64,000 nucleotides of DNA from Hypanus sabinus (Eukaryota), in contig NC_082721.1 of NCBI RefSeq assembly GCF_030144855.1, positions 82,956,001-83,020,000 of the forward strand. The letters are read 5' to 3'. This document shows, one piece after another, positions 58,230 through 64,000 of the stretch. Position 1 is the stretch's first letter; each line of letters opens with the position of its first letter. A program made the translations under genes and the position numbers. The notes under the pieces were generated by a model. That model saw nothing but the letters and a program-made list of their open reading frames with translations. It did no database searches and had not been told where the DNA came from.

Positions 58230-61200
58230 TTTCTTCAGCAGTTTGAACGGGGTGCGTCTGTGTAAGCGCGTGGGGGTCAGCCAGTGAGAACAGCGGGAAG
58301 AGTTTAAAAAGAAGACAACTTCATACAGCGGGCGACGGAGTAGTGGGAGACAGAGTAGGAAAGCTTTAGCTGAATGGGGCTTCGGCGATAAAGGGTTGAG
58401 GCAAGGTACGTTACATGTAGAATTACAGACGGGAAGTTTGTGTGTGAGGCTGGTTTTCTGTGCTCAGTGTCAGATCTGGGAGGTCCTGGAGACTCCCAGC
58501 CTCCCGGACAGCCATATCTGCACCAGGTGCTTTGAGCTGCAGCTCCTTAGGGACTGTGTTAGGGAACTGGAGATACAGCTCAATGACCTTTGTCTGGTCA
58601 GGGAGAGAGAGGAGGTGATAGAGAGGAGCAATAGGCAGGTAGCCACTCCGGGGCTACAGGAGTCAGAGAAGTGGGTAACAGTCAGGAGAGGGAAGGGCAA
58701 GAGGCAGATGCTAGACAGCACCCCTGTGGCTGCACCTCTTTACAAAAGTACTCCTGTTTGAGTACTGTTGAGGAGGACTATCTACCTGGGGGAAGCAGCA
58801 GTGGCTCAGAAGGGTAGGGAAAGGAAGACGATGACAGTGATAGGGGAACTGTATAGTTAGGAGGTCAGATAGGCAATTCTGTGGATGCAGGAAAGAAACG
58901 TGACTGGTAGTTTGCCTCCCAGGTGCCAGGGTCTGGGATGTTTCTGATCGCATCCACGATATCCTGAAGTGGGAAAGAGAACAGCCTGTGGTACATATTG
59001 ATACCAAAGACATAGCAGGAGAAGGGAGGAGGTCCTAAAAACAGACTATGAGGAGTTAGGAAGGAAGTTAAGAAGCAGGACCTCAAAGATGGTAATCTTG
59101 GGATTACTGCCTGTGCCACGTGACATGAGTATAGGAATAAAATGAGGTGGAGGATAAATGCGCGGCTGGGGGATTGGAGCAGGGGGCAGGGATTTAGATT
59201 TCTGGATCATTGGGACCTTTTTTGGGGTAGGTGTGACCTGTACAGAAAGGATGGGTTGCACTTGAATCCTGGGGGACCAATATCCTGGTGAGGAGTTTTG
59301 CTAAGGCTACTGGGGAGAGTTTAAACTAGAATTGCTGGGGGGTGGGAACTGAACTGAAGTGATGGAGGAAAAGGAGGTTGGCTCACAAATAGAGAAAGCT
59401 TGGAGATAGTGCGAGAGGAAGGATAGGCAACTGACAGAGAACCCTAACCCTAACCCTAATGCACTCAGACCGATGGTTTGAGATGTGTCTATTTTAACGT
59501 GAGGAGTATTGTGAACAAAGCGGATGAGCTCAGAGTTTGGATCAGTACTTGGAGATATGATGTGGTGGCCATTACAGACTTGGATGGTTCAGAGACAGGA
59601 ATGGTTACTTCAAGTGCCGGGTTTTAGATGTTTCAGAAAGGATAGGGAGGGAGGCAAGAGAGGTGGGGGCATGGCACTGTTGATCAGAGATAGTGTCATG
59701 GCAGCAGAAAAGGAGGAAGTCATGGAGGTGTTGTCTACGGAGTCTCTGTGGGTGGAGGTTAGGAATAGGAAGGAGTCAATAACTACTGGGTGTTTTTTAT
59801 AGACCACCCAATAGTAACAGGGACATTGAGGAGAAGACAGGGAGTCAGATTCTGAAAAAGTGTAGTAATAATAATAGGGTTATTGTGGTGGGAGATTTTA
59901 ATTTCCCAAATATTGATTGGCATCTCCGTAGAGTGAGGGGTTCAGATGGGGTGGAGTGTTCAGGAAGGTTTCTTGATACAATATGTAGATAAGCCTACAA
60001 GAGGAGAGGCTGTACTTGATCTGGTATTGGGAAATGAACCTGGTCAGGTGTCAGATCTCTCAGTGGAAGAGCATTTTGGAGGTAGTGATCACAATTCTGT
60101 CTCCTTTACCAAAGCATTGGAGATGGATAGGAACAGACAAGTCAGCAAAATGTGTAATTGGAGTAGGGGGATATTTGAGGCTATTAGGCAGGAAATTGGA
60201 AGCATAAATTGGAAACAGATGTTCTCAGGAAAACGTATGGAAGAAATGTGGCAAATGTTCAGGGGATATTTGCATGGAGTTCTGCATAGGTACATTCCAA
60301 TGAGACAGGGAAGTTATGGTAGGGTATAGGAATCATGGTGTACAAAGGCTGTAATAAATCTAGTCAAGAAGAAAAGAGAAGCTTCCAAAAGGTTCAAAAA
60401 ACTAGGTAATGATAGAGATCTAGAAGATTATAAGCTAAGCAGGAAGGAGCTTAAGAATGAAACTAAGAGAGTCAGAAGGGGCCATGAGAAGGCCTTGAAA
60501 GACAGGATTAAGGAAAACCCCAAGGCATTCTACAAGTATGTGAAGAACAAGAAGACATCAGAGAATAGGACCAATCAAGTGTGACAGTGGGAAAGTGTGT
60601 ATGGAACCAGAGGAAATAGCAGAGGTACTTAATGAAAACTTTACTTCAGTATTCATTATGGAAAAGGATCTTGGTGATTGTAGGGATGATGTGCAGTGGA
60701 CTGAAAAGCTTGAGCATGTAGATATTAAGAAAGAGGATGTGCAGGAGCTTTCAGAAAGCATCAAGTTGGATAAGTCACCAGGACTGGACGGGATGTACCC
60801 CAGGCTACTGTGGGAGGTGAGGCGGGAGATTGCTGAGCCTCTGGCAATGATCTTTGCATCATCAATGAGGACAGGAGAGGTTCTGTAGGATTGGAGGGTT
60901 GCAGATGTTGTTCCCTTATTCAAGAAAGGGGCTAGAGATAACCCAGGAAATTATAGACGTATGAATCTTACTTCAGTGGAAACCATAGAAAGGGTGCAGA
61001 GGAGATTTACAAGGATATTGCCAGGATTGGGGAGCATGCCTTATGAGAATAGGTTGAGTGAACTCAACCTCTTCTCCTTGGAACGACAGAGGATGAGATT
61101 TGACCTGATAGAGGTGTACAAGATAATGAGAGGCATTGATCGTGTGGATAGTCAGAGGCTTTTTCCCAGGGTTGAACTGGCTGGCATGAGAAGACATAGT

Positions 61201-61450
61201 TTTAAGGTGCTTGGAAGTAGGTACAGAGGAGATGTCAGAGGTCAGTTTATGCAGAGACTGGTGAGTGCGTGGAATGGGCTGCCGGCAGTGGTGATGGAGG
61301 AGGAAATGATAGGGTCTTTTAGAGACTCTTGGATAGGTACGTGGAGCTTAGAGAAATAGAGGCCTATGGGTAAGTCTAGGTAGTTCTAAGGACATGTTCA
61401 GCACAGCTTTGTTGGCCAAAGGGCCAAAGGGCCTGTATTATGTTTCTCTA
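58230..61450 (+). mobile_element. CR1 LINE with 5' UTR, ORF1 and endonuclease, RT core deleted
   Basis: ORF1 CAQC..HICTRCFELQLLRDCVRELE (Zn finger and coiled coil) with esterase-like remnants. EN motifs GGGMALLIRD, ESLWVEVRN, LDLVLGNE. The sequence jumps from YRRMNLTSV directly to IERVQRRFTR near 60976. Confidence 0.92.
59440..59459 (-). repeat. Short interstitial telomere-type repeat, (TTAGGG)3 on the minus strand
   Basis: aaccctaaccctaaccctaa on the + strand, inside the CR1. Confidence 0.75.
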
Positions 61451-62257
61451 TATTGATAGCTACATGGATGTGAATGATGTAGAGGGATATGGGTCAAGTG
61501 CAGATAAATGAGGCTAGCTCAGATTGGTTGTTTGTTCAGCATGGATGAGTTAGGTTTGTTTCTGTGGTATATAACTAAAGGACTCATTCACTGTACCAAA
61601 CGCTAACTTATTGCAAGTCCGCTCTCATACAATTTTTGTTCTTGAACACAAGAGATTCTGCAGGTGCAGGAATTCTGGAGCAACAGACACAAATGCTGGA
61701 GGAACTCAGCAGGTCAGACAGAGTCTGTTGTTGCTCTTTCTCATCACTTCCAGTATATCAAACTCTCATTTCCTCCTGACCTGCTCTGAATTATTCAATC
61801 CTGCCCTTTGTTTGCCCCTCCTTCATCTGCAAACCACTCACAGCAGAAGCTCCCAACGCCTCGACCAGCCTAACTTTCCCAAGCTCTATCTCTGCAGACT
61901 TAAGAGTTCCAAAAAATTTTTATTTCAAGTAAAATTTCAGCTACTTCTCTAAAATCTTCCCCCATTCTGCATACACTGAGACCTTACTCTCCTTCTGTGT
62001 GTGGCTTTAGGATGCTGCTAAACTCAGAATGAACAATTCAAATCATATCTAAATTAAAAATAAAACTATTTTCTTCCTGGTGCCACAAATCTAGTTATGT
62101 CTTAAGTACATGGAACGTTGTTCAAATGTTATTTAATGGCAATTGACAGACCAACATAAGGTGCATTACTGTGCATTACAATTACAGTGATTATATATGT
62201 GTATATTAAATAGTTAAATTAAAAATAGTGCAAAAACAGATGTAACTCTCGCTTCGG

Positions 62258-64000
62258 CTAGCGGGTAAATACAGGGGGTGATCCAAATACCGTGAGGTCA
62301 TCCAGATATACCAATACCTCAAGCAAGTTTATATCCCCCACCATCTTCTCCATGACCCGCTGGAAGGTTGCAGGAGTTCCCAAGATGCCCTGGGGGCATC
62401 CATTTGAACAGGAAAATTCCCAGGGGACAGATAAATGCTGTCTTCTCTTTGTCGGCCTCACTGATGGGGATCTGGTGATATCCACTCCTCACGTCCAGCA
62501 CACTGAACCACTTCCCACCACTCAGGCCAGGCCAGCGCATCTTCAACCCTCAGGACAGTATACCGGTCAGGGATGGTGCGCCTGTTCCGAGTCCTACAGT
62601 CCATGCACAGCCACACCTTCCCATTCTTCTTTCGGGCCACTACTATTGGGGCACATATGGGGCTTTGGGACTCAGTGATCATCTGAGCTTCCTTCAACTT
62701 ACACAAATGCTGCCAAACATCCTCCACCTCTGCAGGGGCAAGTCACCGCGACCTTTCTCTGAACGGGGTATCCTCAGTCACCTGGATACTGTGACATGTG
62801 CTCTTGGCAGCTTCAACATCTTCTCTACCAGCCTCCTTTTCCAACCCAGTGGCAGCAGGGAGTCCGCTTGAAGGTGATCTCCCTCTTCACAGTGTTCCCG
62901 ACAATCACTGCCATCCTGCTCGCCTGTACAACCGAGGGCTTCTGCGATTCGGGCCTCACCAGTAGCCCAGCAGGAAATCCCAACTCCCCCTTGTGGTCTT
63001 CCAGAGCCTCCTCTAAGAGGGCTTCGCCCTCAGGTACTCCAGGAAATTTGGGGGTCCCCATCACTCGCTGCCCCCCAGGCCATACCACCATTGGCTTTGA
63101 CTGGGTGAACCACACAGTCCCTCATTTAAATTCAGTATCCAGCCCGCTGCTGCCACGCGCTTCCTCAAAAGCAGCTCGAAACCCTGGGTGCACGGACAAT
63201 GTTCCCAGAAAGCTCTCACCCTCCTTCTACTTGCAGGCCCCCATGAGCCTCCTCACAAGAGCGGTGTTGGTCCCCACCGGAATTGAAATGTCACCCTTCT
63301 CAACAGGGTCCAGACAAACCAGCACCAATGTATCAGGGACCTCAGACACTCCCACATCGGCCTCCGAGAACTCCAACTTCACTGACAAATAACTGTCGTG
63401 TGGATAATCACTGGCATTGAGCCCCCAGATCTCCAGTGCCCTGAATGGGGTCAATGGTAAATGCTTCAGATACCGGTTGTAAAACGAACGGTACAACAAT
63501 GTGACCTGCGATCTGGTTTTGAGTATGGCTTTAACATAAATGCCCTCTATTCATAGCGACACCCTGGAGCATGGACCTGCTAAGCCTTCAGGAATTGGGT
63601 CTTTTGCTTTCGGGAGTTCCTTAGTACATTGCTGGGAATGTGTCCCCCGCGTCACCAGGCCATTCCCTCACTGAGTCTCATCTAGGTTTTCCCAGCTGAC
63701 GTATCTGAGGGCTCACTCTCCTTCTGGTGTGACACCTGCTGCCAGCAGCCCTCCGCATTGTCCGTCCCCTTGGGGAATCCACCCCACATCAGCTCCATCA
63801 TATGGGGGGGGCTCACACTCCCTGATACCAGCCGATGTATCTCCATTCTCAACTCCGCCACAATCTCCTCTACTGCTCCCCGGGGCAGGCTATCTGTGGC
63901 CACTTCACCGCAGGGGACCACTACCGAGGAGTGTACCCGACTGACGGAGTCCTCCCGCGCCTCCGTCGCACTCTCCTCTTCCCCTACCTCTCTGATCAGC
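62258..64000 (-). mobile_element. Gypsy-type LTR retrotransposon gag-protease-RT, frameshifted, running off the window end
   Basis: FSVLDVRSGYHQI, KEKTAF, TPATFQRVMEKMVG..VLVYLDDL, SPICAPIVVARKKNGKVWLCMD, and a degenerate protease motif AILKTRSQVT. Confidence 0.9.

Overview
Eukaryotic, repeat-rich vertebrate DNA. The mix of CR1, L2, Rex-Babar, Penelope, V-SINE and Tc1 elements suggests a cartilaginous fish, possibly a ray (inference only). I found no prokaryotic genes, CRISPR arrays, rRNA or true tRNA genes. The window holds two tandem, same-strand (+) ICAM/VCAM-family immunoglobulin-superfamily genes, reconstructed here from GT-AG sites and phase-1 exon joins. Gene 1 is present only as its 3' end: two Ig exons (891-1184, 2737-3018) and a TM/short-tail exon (4387-4496). 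Gene 2 appears complete: a leader exon in a CpG-rich promoter (29355-29403), six Ig exons and a TM/cytoplasmic exon (55182-55393), giving 1998 coding nt and 665 aa. Its domain order is ICAM-D1, ICAM-D2, A, B, A, B, TM. The last A-B pair of gene 2 is a close paralogue of gene 1's A-B pair, introns included, but the two genes end in very different TM/tail exons. Other notable points: a sharp gene-conversion-like boundary between the B exons; an excess of replacement changes between the A exons; a pair of extra cysteines that could bridge D4-D5; a probable premature stop in gene 1's tail; and minimal hammerhead-ribozyme motifs in Penelope tails, one in sense orientation inside gene 2. The rest is transposon debris. 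TE boundaries are approximate and all difference counts were made by eye.
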